The position numbers were made by a program, and so were the translations under genes. A stretch of 42,945 nucleotides of DNA from a virus (lineage: Duplodnaviria > Caudoviricetes): positions 1 through 42,945 of the IMG/VR virus record IMGVR_UViG_3300037311_000013; one strand, given 5' to 3'. Within the stretch, counting starts at the first letter, position 1. Each line of letters starts with the position of its first letter. Below the pieces are notes generated by a model. It was not told the DNA's origin. It did no database searches and saw nothing but the letters and a program-made list of their open reading frames with translations. Of the stretch, positions 8,092 through 16,496 are shown one piece after another.

Positions 8092-8397
8092 ATGAGCGAG
8101 GTTCTGGACAGGGTTGCGACGGCCGCCGATGTCGACGAGTACGGGGACATCGCCCGGCAGATTAAGCGGCTGGAAGAGCGCCGCGAGCTGCTGAAGGCGA
8201 AGATCCTCTCCGAGGCCGCGTTCCGCACGACGGACGGCGTCGTTGACGGCAACAACTGGCGCGCAAAGGTGGTGATCGCCGAGCGCGCGACGGTTGACTG
8301 GAAGACTGTCGCCGAGCGCGCCGGCGCGAGCCGGCAGCTCATCGCCGCCCACACAGCGCATACCATCGTGCGCTCGGTGCGGACGGAGGTGCTGTGA
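8092..8397 (+). CDS. Hypothetical phage protein (coiled coil plus beta region)
   Basis: Good SD; VDEYGDIARQIKRLEERRELLKAKI...ERATVDWKTVA. Confidence 0.75.
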   Translation: MSEVLDRVATAADVDEYGDIARQIKRLEERRELLKAKILSEAAFRTTDGVVDGNNWRAKVVIAERATVDWKTVAERAGASRQLIAAHTAHTIVRSVRTEVL

Positions 8398-8666
8398 TGG
8401 CGACCCTCAGTTACGACGGCCGCGGGATCAATGGGCCGGCCCCGGAACGGGCCCGCGTCGCGACCTTCACGGACGCGCAGCGTGCCGACGAGTGGGGGCC
8501 GCTGCTGGCCGCCGCGCCCGAGCTGCTGGCGGCGCTGCGCGGGCTGCTACTGGCAGTCGAATCGGGGCCGGTAGACGACGCGGCCCTCACCAACCCCGAC
8601 AGCGAAATCGGGCAAGCGTGCGACGCGGCCCTCGCCGCCATCGCCAAGGCGGAGGGCAAGGCATGA
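8394..8666 (+). CDS. Hypothetical phage protein with LLAAAPELLAAL motif
   Basis: Motif typical of small phage early proteins; ends AAIAKAEG. Confidence 0.8.
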   Translation: MMATLSYDGRGINGPAPERARVATFTDAQRADEWGPLLAAAPELLAALRGLLLAVESGPVDDAALTNPDSEIGQACDAALAAIAKAEGKA

Positions 8667-8956
8667 ACATCGTGCGCTGGCATGACGGTTCGCGGTACGT
8701 TTCCGCACTGGATGGCGGCGAGGGCCGGAAGTACCGGCACCTCGTCCTCATCACGGAGTCTGGTGTGAGGGTCGAAGACGTCCCTCTCGATGACCCGATC
8801 GAACAGCTCGGCGTGGCGACGCGCAAGCAGCTTCGGACATTTCGGCGCGCGGGCCGGGTGTTCGGCATCTCCTCCCGCGCGAAGGAAGTTCTCGATGAAG
8901 CAGAAGCGCACGCGAACGCCGCCCGCGAACGCGGAGATCCGGCGCATCGCGCATGA
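8663..8956 (+). CDS. Hypothetical protein
   Basis: ATGA coupling at 8663; MNIVRWHDGSRY... Confidence 0.65.
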   Translation: MNIVRWHDGSRYVSALDGGEGRKYRHLVLITESGVRVEDVPLDDPIEQLGVATRKQLRTFRRAGRVFGISSRAKEVLDEAEAHANAARERGDPAHRA

Positions 8957-9110
8957 GCTGGGTTGGACCCGGCAGGCGCTCGCCGATGCTCTTGGCGTCT
9001 CCATCCACACCCTGCGCTCGTGGCTGAAGAGCCCGGACGCGGCCAACTTCCGCCGGGCGCCTGACATCGCCGTCAAGCTGGCCCGGCGGATCAAGGAGGA
9101 GGCGGCGTGA
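8895..9110 (+). CDS. XRE/Cro-like helix-turn-helix regulator
   Basis: IRRIAHELGWTRQALADALGVSIHTLRSWL. Confidence 0.8.
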   Translation: MKQKRTRTPPANAEIRRIAHELGWTRQALADALGVSIHTLRSWLKSPDAANFRRAPDIAVKLARRIKEEAA

Positions 9111-9364
9111 AGCGGCCCGACCCTGCTCTGCTGGTGGTGGTCGCCTGCGTCGGCGTCTGGTGGCTGGGCTTGCGCTCGTGCGAGGCTCAAGCCCAGACGC
9201 CGCCGCGGTCGGACGTGACGATCACCGTCGACCCGGACGGCCGCCCATGGGTAAGCTACGCCGACGAGCCCGCCCCATGGCCCTCTCTCGACTTCGGAGG
9301 TCAACGTGAGCGCGAGGAAGATCGCCGCGACGACGATCGCGATTCTGGCGACGACGACGAGTGA
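9107..9364 (+). CDS. Small membrane-anchored or exported protein with acidic tail
   Basis: N-terminal hydrophobic helix ALLVVVACVGVWWLGL then EAQA; D-rich C-terminus. Confidence 0.6.
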   Translation: MKRPDPALLVVVACVGVWWLGLRSCEAQAQTPPRSDVTITVDPDGRPWVSYADEPAPWPSLDFGGQREREEDRRDDDRDSGDDDE

Positions 9365-9911
9365 GGCCCAGTCCGGGCCCGCCCCCTACTGGCAGGCCGT
9401 CGGCTACCTCTCGACCCTAAAGGCGCTGGGCTACCTGCCGGAGTGGGCGGGGCTGGAAGACTCGTGGCGGTTCACGGAGTCGCCTGACGGCGCCCGGCAG
9501 CTTGTCTGCCTCGTGGACAAGGCCAGCGGGAAGCGATGGACCGTGACCGCCAGCCGGGAGCGATGGGTTGCCGGCCTCCAGAATCCCGGGGAGGCGTTCC
9601 TGACCCTCTGGGAGCGCGGCAAGCCCGGCCCGGCCCTGCCGGAGGACGTGGCCCAGTGCCACGGGTCCACGCCGGCGGGCGCCAGCTTCCCGCAGACGAT
9701 CGGAGGGCCCCGCTATCGCGCGATCGTCCACACGGGGCCCTCCCGTAGCGACCCCCTCGACCTCGAAGCCATGGCGGGCTTCCTGTTGGGCTCCGTGGAG
9801 CCCGGGGCCTACTGCGGCAGCCCGATCCCCGGGGAGACGGTGACCGGCAACCCGGACCCCGCCGTGCGGTGGCACAACGCGCCGGGCGGCGGCATCACGC
9901 TATGCCGGTGA
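9306..9911 (+). CDS. Putative exported protein
   Basis: Signal-like MSARKIAATTIAILATTTSEA; four Cys; high GC3. Confidence 0.6.
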   Translation: MSARKIAATTIAILATTTSEAQSGPAPYWQAVGYLSTLKALGYLPEWAGLEDSWRFTESPDGARQLVCLVDKASGKRWTVTASRERWVAGLQNPGEAFLTLWERGKPGPALPEDVAQCHGSTPAGASFPQTIGGPRYRAIVHTGPSRSDPLDLEAMAGFLLGSVEPGAYCGSPIPGETVTGNPDPAVRWHNAPGGGITLCR

Positions 9912-10153
9912 GGGGCGCGCCGCAGTCGGCAGACGCCCGGCGGCGCATCTCCGAGGCCGTGCGGGGCGAGAAGAACCCCAAGGCGAAGCTCTCCGACGCC
10001 CAGATTCTTGAGATCGCCATCCTCCACGACGCCGGCCTGAGCTACCGCGAGATCGCGGCCCGCTACGGCGTCTCGAAGTTCTGCATCCACTACGCGGTGA
10101 AGTTCCGCGGCCCCGGCGTGAGGCGGCGCAAGAGTGAAGATCGACCCGGCTGA
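9908..10153 (+). CDS. NUMOD3-like plus HTH DNA-binding protein
   Basis: RRRISEAVRGEKNPKAKLSDAQILEI...GLSYREIAARYGVS. Confidence 0.7.
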   Translation: MRGAPQSADARRRISEAVRGEKNPKAKLSDAQILEIAILHDAGLSYREIAARYGVSKFCIHYAVKFRGPGVRRRKSEDRPG

Positions 10154-10565
10154 CAGTTGGTTCTCGAAGTGCGTTCGCGAGCGTGCGGACTGGAAGTGCG
10201 AGCGTTGCCGGAAGCAGTACGGCCCCGGGACGATGGGGCTCCACTGCTCGCACATCTTCGGGCGCATCCACAAGGCGACACGATGGCACCCCATGAACGC
10301 GGCAGCCCACTGCTACGCCTGCCACCAGTACCTCGGGGCGAACCCGGTCGAGTTCCGGGACTGGGCGCTCGGGCACATGGGGCCCGCGAGGCTGGAGTGG
10401 GTCCGCAAGCTCCACCTGTCGATCTACCCAACGACGGCGAAGCTCCGAAAGGAGATCGCCGCGCACTACCGCAAGGAACACGCCTCGCTGCTTGAGCGCC
10501 GCCTCGGCGGGCTCACGGGGCGGCTGGAGTTCGACCCGTTCCCCGGGCTGGCAGTCTTCCCATGA
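10134..10565 (+). CDS. ninG: NinG/Rap-like (HNH-type) nuclease
   Basis: DSWFSKCVRER...CERC...LHCSHIFGR...TRWHPMNAAAHCYACH. Confidence 0.8.
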   Translation: MKIDPADSWFSKCVRERADWKCERCRKQYGPGTMGLHCSHIFGRIHKATRWHPMNAAAHCYACHQYLGANPVEFRDWALGHMGPARLEWVRKLHLSIYPTTAKLRKEIAAHYRKEHASLLERRLGGLTGRLEFDPFPGLAVFP

Positions 10566-10732
10566 GCGAGCCGCCGGAGATGGAGCGCAACTGGGAGACG
10601 GCGCTCAACAACGTCATCGCGCGGATGACGAACAAGGAAGACGTGCGGGAGCTTTACCGCATCCGCCGCGCGATGCGTCAGCAGGCCGAATGGATCGCGG
10701 AGCTACGTCGCGAGCTTAACCGGCGCCCCTGA
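10562..10732 (+). CDS. Small helical hypothetical protein (56 aa), convergent with the endolysin
   Basis: ATGA coupling; MSEPPEMERNWETALNNVIARMTNKEDVRELYRIRR...; below the ORF-track size cutoff. Confidence 0.6.
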   Translation: MSEPPEMERNWETALNNVIARMTNKEDVRELYRIRRAMRQQAEWIAELRRELNRRP

Positions 10733-11176
10733 AGCCCACCACTGCCTGACATCGAAGCAGGGGCACGCCTTCACCCAGTCGCGACGGTCGATGACGCCGT
10801 CGCCGTTCTTGTCGGGGGAGAGATCGCGGTGCCCCAGCACCTCGGCATTCGGCCACTGCCGCTTCCACGCGGCCACCAGCTCACGAAGCGACCGCACCTG
10901 CGCCGGCGTGAAGTTCGCCGCTGGCTGGCCTGCCATGTCGAGCCCGCCGACAAGGCACACCGCGATCGAGCGCGAGTTGAAGCCCTTCGCGTGGGAGCCG
11001 ATCTCCATCACGCCGCGCCCGCTCTCGATCACACCAGAGCGTTTGATAACGCGGTGGTAGCCCACGTCTACCCAGCCGAGAGCCTTGTGCCACTTGCGGA
11101 TGTCGGCGACGCCGATGTCCATGTGCGGGCGGGTCGCAGAGCAATGCACGACGATGAAGTCAGTCCTGCGCCGCAT
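10703..11176 (-). CDS. Endolysin, N-acetylmuramoyl-L-alanine amidase (Amidase_2, T7 lysozyme-like)
   Basis: IVVHCSAT...GWVDVGYH...GSHAKGFNSRSIAVCLVGG...GHRD...KACPCFDV. Confidence 0.95.
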   Translation of the reverse strand: MRRRTDFIVVHCSATRPHMDIGVADIRKWHKALGWVDVGYHRVIKRSGVIESGRGVMEIGSHAKGFNSRSIAVCLVGGLDMAGQPAANFTPAQVRSLRELVAAWKRQWPNAEVLGHRDLSPDKNGDGVIDRRDWVKACPCFDVRQWWASGAPVKLAT

Positions 11177-11552
11177 CGTGCCACCTCGTCAGGGCGTCGA
11201 GCTGGAGGAGTCGCCGCTCGCAGTTGAGGAGGGCGGGCGTAAGATCGAGTCGAGTTCCGCCAGCTCCTTCGGGTCCACTGGGCGCACCAGATACGGGGGC
11301 GGCTCCGGGCACCGGGTCGGGACAGGCGTACACCCGGCGCACAGGGCGACGCTCAAGGTCAGCGATGCGCTCCAGCAGGCGGCTTTGTTCGGTCGCTCCA
11401 TCGGACTCCCTCTTGCGGACTACCTTCGCGGCGGCTTCGTACATCCGCCGCACCTCGCGGTCGCCATCGGCTTTTCCCATCCTGAAGCCGAGCCACGAGC
11501 CAGCAGCGAAGACAGCCGCGACAAGGATCGCAATGACACGAGGGTCGATCAT
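11160..11552 (-). CDS. Rz: i-spanin (Rz-like)
   Basis: N-terminal TM helix VIAILVAAVFAAGSWLG, coiled coil, two Cys; contains an embedded lipoprotein gene. Confidence 0.75.
   Translation of the reverse strand: MIDPRVIAILVAAVFAAGSWLGFRMGKADGDREVRRMYEAAAKVVRKRESDGATEQSRLLERIADLERRPVRRVYACPDPVPGAAPVSGAPSGPEGAGGTRLDLTPALLNCERRLLQLDALTRWHDAAQD
11189..11401 (-). CDS. Rz1: o-spanin lipoprotein (Rz1-like), embedded in Rz
   Basis: Lipobox-like VALCAG-C, then Pro-rich TPVPTRCPEPPPYLVRP, in an alternate frame. Confidence 0.75.
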   Translation of the reverse strand: MERPNKAACWSASLTLSVALCAGCTPVPTRCPEPPPYLVRPVDPKELAELDSILRPPSSTASGDSSSSTP

Positions 11553-11824
11553 GCATCGGGCGGCCGGCCCGGCATCTGGTCGGCGTACTTCGTGACGACG
11601 TAGCCGGTGGCGCGCTTCTGCTGCCGGTCCTGCCACTGCGCGATCGTCGCAACCAGAGCGGTCACGAGGCTGCCGAACGCGGTGGCTGTCTCGGCATCGA
11701 ACGGCGGCCAGCCGTCAGGCACGAGGATGCTCTTGTAGAGCCAGAGGAGCATCTGCGCCGTGGGCGCGCCAATGGCGACTCCGCCGATGACGCCGACGGT
11801 GACGATGTTTGGCTTCTCGGTCAT
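11549..11824 (-). CDS. Putative holin (2 TM)
   Basis: Two hydrophobic segments and a basic C-terminal patch; located in the lysis cluster. Confidence 0.6.
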   Translation of the reverse strand: MTEKPNIVTVGVIGGVAIGAPTAQMLLWLYKSILVPDGWPPFDAETATAFGSLVTALVATIAQWQDRQQKRATGYVVTKYADQMPGRPPDA

Positions 11825-12129
11825 GACGAGTGCTTCTTCAGCGCCTCAAGGTACATGGCGACGTCCTGCTTGATCTCCAGCCGGGTCGCGGAGATTTCCT
11901 TGCGGAGGCTCTCGCCGGTGTGAGCCACCTCGATGCGAAGGCCGTTCACGGCAACCGCGAGCGCGGCGGTCGAGTCATCCTTCACGTTCTTCAGCTCATC
12001 CTCCAGCTTCTTGACCCGGTCGAAGAGGAACGTGCGGAGGAACCATGCCACAACCGAAGAGCCGACTCCGACGAGGCCCATAAACCCGGCGGCGAGCCAC
12101 GCCACCAGCTCTTCCTGTAGCTGATCCAT
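11821..12129 (-). CDS. Single-TM coiled-coil lysis-cluster protein (holin/antiholin-like)
   Basis: LVAWLAAGFMGLVGVGSSVVAWFL followed by a coiled coil. Confidence 0.6.
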   Translation of the reverse strand: MDQLQEELVAWLAAGFMGLVGVGSSVVAWFLRTFLFDRVKKLEDELKNVKDDSTAALAVAVNGLRIEVAHTGESLRKEISATRLEIKQDVAMYLEALKKHSS

Positions 12130-12146
12130 TCTTGTTCCTTCTTGTA

Positions 12147-13793
12147 TCACAGGATGTCTTTGAGGTAGGGCCAGACGATGTCGGCGATCTTCGCCATGCC
12201 CTCCGCCGTCGGATGCACGTCGCCATCGGCGACAGCAGTGCGCGCGGTGCCCACCACGGCGTTATTCGGGTGAGAGCCGATCGCGTAATTGCGCGGCTGC
12301 GCGCCGCCGGAGAACCAGAGGTCATTCGTGCGGACGCGAATGAACTGGACGGGGGTGACGCCGCCGGCAAGCGGATTCGGGGCGAGCGCGTTGAGTCGGT
12401 CGATGTGTGCCGCAACCTGCGCGTAGCGGTTGGCCGTGTCGTTCGTCTTGTAAGACTCTGGGGTGAAGAACGTATCGAACCAGATGATGCGCTGGAGGTT
12501 GGGGCAGAAGGTCGCCAGCGTCTCGATGTAGTTCTTGATGTCAGTCGTCATCGACGTCGGCGGCAGCGTCGTCGGCGTCACGTCGATGTCGTTGACGCTG
12601 CCGAAGATCACAACCGTCTCGACGGTCGCGGAGTCCCAAGCAGCGATCGCGGCGGCGCTGAAGACCCCGAAGGGCGATAGGTCGGTGCGATAGCCGTTCC
12701 CCGGGTCTGCGGCGTTGTAGACGCGGAACCACTTCCCCTTCGAGAGGTACAGGAGGGCTTGAAGCCACCAGCCCCAGTTGCCGTTGCCCCACACTTGGTT
12801 GAGGCGGGTAGACCACGGCGTTCCGTTGCCATCGATCGCAAGTCCATTCTGGACGGCGTCGATCACGGCGACATTGCCGGCGGTGCCGGGCTCCGCCCAG
12901 CCGCTCGCACGGTCCATCGCGCGCTGCACGAACGAGTCGCCCATGAATGCGATCTTCGCGGCCGACTGTGTCGGCGCGAGGCTGCGCTTCACGAACTGCA
13001 CGCGCCGGATGTTGCCGCCACGGAAGTAGGGCGTCGGGGTGGCGCCGTTGCCGCGGCCGGCAATGCAGATTCTCTGCGTGCGAGTCGATGGGGTCGAAGT
13101 GCGCTTGCCGACGGGCACGCCGTCGACGATGAGCCACTCTTCGGTCCCGCTCCACGTCAGGATCACGGTGGCCCACACGGGGTCGAGTAGCGAGGGAACC
13201 TTGTCGGAGAACCTCGCCTGCGTGATGTTGGCGCCGGCGAGATCATCGTTCCAGACGAGCGTGTTCGCCGTGGCCGTGCGCTGGAAGTAGACCCAACGCT
13301 CGGTCGTGAACGGCGAAGCCGCATTGCCAGTCCAGACGAGCGACGTGTCGCCAGACGCATCCGTCGTGCCGGCGAGGTCTTGGAAGCTGGCGGAGTCCTT
13401 GGTTGCGTCGTCGTAGGCGATGGCGGATCGCTGCACCTCAACGATGATGGCGCCAGCCGACTCCATCGCGGCGCCTGCCGTGAAGCTGTTGTTCTGGAGA
13501 CAGCCGTTGCCAGCCGCAACGAGGCCGAGCTGGGCGTCGAACACCAGCGGCGTCCCGTTGTTGATCTCGGTCCAGCCAGCCGGCACGCCGAGCCGAAGAT
13601 CCAGCGTAGCGACGACGTCGGGGTCGGTCGCCGGCAGGACCGGCGACAGGATCGACCACGGGCTCTCAAGAGAGCGCCGATTGAAGCGGATGCGCGCCCG
13701 CCGGGGGATGTTGGTGAAGTTCGACGTCCGCGTCTGCGGAGTCGTCGGCGTCGACGTGGTCAGGTTGACGCCGGAGTCTGGGGGCAGGGTCAT
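12147..13793 (-). CDS. Tail appendage: LamG/ConA-like domain plus SGNH/GDSL esterase
   Basis: SGNH blocks AFMGDS, NAADPG, GSVND, DVHP; W..VILTWSG....LIVDG lectin-like strands; TGATG-coupled start. Confidence 0.8.
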   Translation of the reverse strand: MTLPPDSGVNLTTSTPTTPQTRTSNFTNIPRRARIRFNRRSLESPWSILSPVLPATDPDVVATLDLRLGVPAGWTEINNGTPLVFDAQLGLVAAGNGCLQNNSFTAGAAMESAGAIIVEVQRSAIAYDDATKDSASFQDLAGTTDASGDTSLVWTGNAASPFTTERWVYFQRTATANTLVWNDDLAGANITQARFSDKVPSLLDPVWATVILTWSGTEEWLIVDGVPVGKRTSTPSTRTQRICIAGRGNGATPTPYFRGGNIRRVQFVKRSLAPTQSAAKIAFMGDSFVQRAMDRASGWAEPGTAGNVAVIDAVQNGLAIDGNGTPWSTRLNQVWGNGNWGWWLQALLYLSKGKWFRVYNAADPGNGYRTDLSPFGVFSAAAIAAWDSATVETVVIFGSVNDIDVTPTTLPPTSMTTDIKNYIETLATFCPNLQRIIWFDTFFTPESYKTNDTANRYAQVAAHIDRLNALAPNPLAGGVTPVQFIRVRTNDLWFSGGAQPRNYAIGSHPNNAVVGTARTAVADGDVHPTAEGMAKIADIVWPYLKDIL

Positions 13794-15805
13794 CACGCCA
13801 CCTCGATGAGCCACTTCGTCGGGTACGCCGGGTCACCGCCGTAGGTGGCCCAGTAGCGTCCGCCGGTCGTGGCGTTGGACGTGAGGTCGGCGCCGCCGCT
13901 GCACACGAACTGCGTCGACGTCCCGGCGGGGGTGTGCTTGAAGCGCGCCTGACCGCCAGCCATGGGCTGCACGTCGAAAAACACGCGCGCCCCGGGGAGC
14001 GGGTTGGACAGCGCCGAGACATCGAGGACGCCAGAGGTGCGCGGCACGCGAAGCTGGATGATGTCGGCGAGCGCGCCGGCCGTGAAGTTGCGGGCAACGG
14101 TCGAGCTGGCCGTGAGGTCGTGGAACTTCACCGCGCCCTTCGGCACGCGGCCATCGTAGTACGTCGTGAAGACCGGCCGGCTCTGCGAGGCGACGAGCGA
14201 GTCGAGCCCGCGGGTGCCCTCGAAGGCGTACTCGCCGAGCTTGAGAGCGGAGGTCGTTGCCGGGATGATGATGTCGTTCACCTCGTCCACCATGAGGTTG
14301 TTCATGTGGACGTACTCCCACTGGATGCCGTCGGTCGCGCCAGTCACAACCTCGCCGACGTCGCGGAGCGGAGGCGCGTCGGCCAACGCCGTGATGCCGC
14401 CATTCAGCGCCTTCACCTGAATGTTGAGGTTGCCGAAGGACCGGCGGTTGCCGGCCACGATCGTCTGGCCGGCGGCCCACGCCGTTCCGGTGTTCGCGAC
14501 GTTGATCGAGAGGCGCTTGAATTTGATGCCGAGGACGTTCGCGGAGTTCCCGAGGACGCGGCCAGCGCCCATGAGGCCGGGGTATGGGAGATCGTTGAAA
14601 CCATGGGCGCCGTCGATCTCGATGAGCGCGTCCATGTCGTTGATGTCGATGCCGATACCGCTGGCCGGGCCGCCGACGGTGACGCCCCAGTCGGCGCGCT
14701 CGAAGTGGAGATTGCTCGCCTTGATGTCCTGCCCACGGAAGACGTAGGCCGATGGCATCGTCGGGATCGACGCGCCGTAGGCGTTCACCATGGTCGCCAC
14801 GTCGAGTTCGAATTTCGTGGCGAAGATGTCGATGCCGTTGCCTTGGTTGCCGGCCAGACTGGAGTTGATGCAGTTGAGCCGCTCTAGCTTGAAGTTCGCC
14901 GGCGTGATCGTGGCGGCGGCGACGATCTTCACGGACGTCTGGCAGCCGAGGATGCAGGCGTCCTTGAGCGCGGAGAGTTCCTGAATCGAGTCGGACCAGA
15001 AGCCGATAGCGCCCGGGACGTCGCGGCCGTTGATCGTGGCCTGCTCCCAGCCGGTCGTGTCGCCGTACTTGGCGCCCGCGCCGTCGCCGCTGTCACTGGG
15101 GAGCGCCTGCACGACGCGCGGCCGGGTGGCGGTCTTGATGACGCCGATGACGTAGCTCGCGTTCCCGTCCGGCGAGAGCGCGGTGTTTGCCGCGACCGTC
15201 GGCGTGCTGGAGGGGATCGAGAACTGGAACGTGCCGGCGGCGGCGTTGACGGCGGTGACGGTGTGGCTGCCGTTGTAGTTGAAGCCCGAGGCGACGGTCG
15301 TGCCGCTGATCTGCACGACGCTGCCGATCGAGACGTCGGCATTGCGCGCGGTCGCAGTGGCGGTCGTCCCCGAGATGGTCAGGGCAGTCACCTCAAGCCG
15401 GCGCGTGGCGCCCGCCGTGAGCGACACCTCTGAGCCAACCGGCTTCGCCGCGTTCGTCGAGTAGGAGCCGTTCCCCTCAACCCAGTGGCCGTGGGGAATC
15501 AGCAGCGGGCCCTCTTGGAGCCCGATGCGGTACTGGAGGAGGGTCTTGCCGCCCTTCGTCTTCGCCGACTTGGTGCCGATCGAGTCCGCGATGAAGGCGC
15601 CGTTCGCCAGAAGGTAGAGCGGGTAGCCGACGGAGGGCTCAGTGTCCGGCGCCGGGACCAGCACCCGATGCCCCCGCGAGGTGACCTTCGCGTAGGCGGT
15701 CTGGAATGCGGCAAGGCACGCGACGGCGAAGTCGGGGACCGCCCCGTGCGCGGTCACCGCGTAGGTGCGCGGGCCGAGGAATCGCATGAGCTTGGTGATG
15801 TTCAT
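13793..15805 (-). CDS. Tailspike-like protein (pectate-lyase-like beta-helix)
   Basis: YAVTAHGAVPD...AAFQTA...VLVP start typical of beta-helix spikes; G/N/I-rich rungs; beta-sandwich insertion. Confidence 0.65.
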   Translation of the reverse strand: MNITKLMRFLGPRTYAVTAHGAVPDFAVACLAAFQTAYAKVTSRGHRVLVPAPDTEPSVGYPLYLLANGAFIADSIGTKSAKTKGGKTLLQYRIGLQEGPLLIPHGHWVEGNGSYSTNAAKPVGSEVSLTAGATRRLEVTALTISGTTATATARNADVSIGSVVQISGTTVASGFNYNGSHTVTAVNAAAGTFQFSIPSSTPTVAANTALSPDGNASYVIGVIKTATRPRVVQALPSDSGDGAGAKYGDTTGWEQATINGRDVPGAIGFWSDSIQELSALKDACILGCQTSVKIVAAATITPANFKLERLNCINSSLAGNQGNGIDIFATKFELDVATMVNAYGASIPTMPSAYVFRGQDIKASNLHFERADWGVTVGGPASGIGIDINDMDALIEIDGAHGFNDLPYPGLMGAGRVLGNSANVLGIKFKRLSINVANTGTAWAAGQTIVAGNRRSFGNLNIQVKALNGGITALADAPPLRDVGEVVTGATDGIQWEYVHMNNLMVDEVNDIIIPATTSALKLGEYAFEGTRGLDSLVASQSRPVFTTYYDGRVPKGAVKFHDLTASSTVARNFTAGALADIIQLRVPRTSGVLDVSALSNPLPGARVFFDVQPMAGGQARFKHTPAGTSTQFVCSGGADLTSNATTGGRYWATYGGDPAYPTKWLIEVA

Positions 15806-16242
15806 CACGCCACCTCGTAGGCGCAAGTCGCGTGCAGGATCTCCCAGCGCGACCCGGCCCAGTTGATCGTCAGCCAGCCGCGCGTCACCGCCGTCAGGAC
15901 GGAGCCGATGTCAATCAGCTCCGCTGCGTTCGGGTCGATCGCGTTGGTGTAGGTGTCGTTATCGAAGTGGAAGATGAAGGGCTGGCCGGCGGATCCTGCC
16001 GGCAGGTTGAACGTGGAGTTCGAGGACTGGCCGGTCGTGCGGATCGGGACGCCGCGCTGGCTGTTCGTGAGCGTGCCGCCGGAGGGCAGGATGATGGGCG
16101 TCGCCCGGTAGCGGTCGGCGTTGCCGATCGCGATCCGGCGCGCGCCAAGCGCGGAGCTGTCATTCAAAGCGATCTCGTCGGCGCTGAAATCGACATCGCC
16201 GATGAGGATCTCTGTCAGCTCGTTGATCTTCTTCCGTGCCAT
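15805..16242 (-). CDS. Small tail fibre/adaptor protein
   Basis: MARKKINELTE N-terminus; C-terminal beta domain; first of three coupled tail genes. Confidence 0.55.
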   Translation of the reverse strand: MARKKINELTEILIGDVDFSADEIALNDSSALGARRIAIGNADRYRATPIILPSGGTLTNSQRGVPIRTTGQSSNSTFNLPAGSAGQPFIFHFDNDTYTNAIDPNAAELIDIGSVLTAVTRGWLTINWAGSRWEILHATCAYEVA

Positions 16243-16253
16243 ACTGCGTCCTC

Positions 16254-16496
16254 ATGAGCATCGTGCTTGCTGCCGCACTCCGCCCGCTGGCTCTCCTCGT
16301 GATGCTGCTTACTGTGCGCTCAGTAGTGCTGGCGGCATCGCCATTGCTGCTCCGGCTCCAGCGCCGACACCCAGCCGTCGCGGACCTTCTTGCAGCAACG
16401 CCTCAAGAGCTGCTGCGACTTTCTGCTTCTGGGCTGGCGGCATGGCGGCGCGGTCGAGTACGCGCAGTGCCTCGATTGGGTCACGATAAAGCGTGA
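16254..16496 (+). CDS. Candidate antisense membrane peptide overlapping the 3' end of an ejection gene
   Basis: MSIVLAAALRPLALLVMLLTVRSVVLAASPLLL; the hydrophobic part begins in an otherwise non-coding gap; no SD. Confidence 0.4.
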   Translation: MSIVLAAALRPLALLVMLLTVRSVVLAASPLLLRLQRRHPAVADLLAATPQELLRLSASGLAAWRRGRVRAVPRLGHDKA

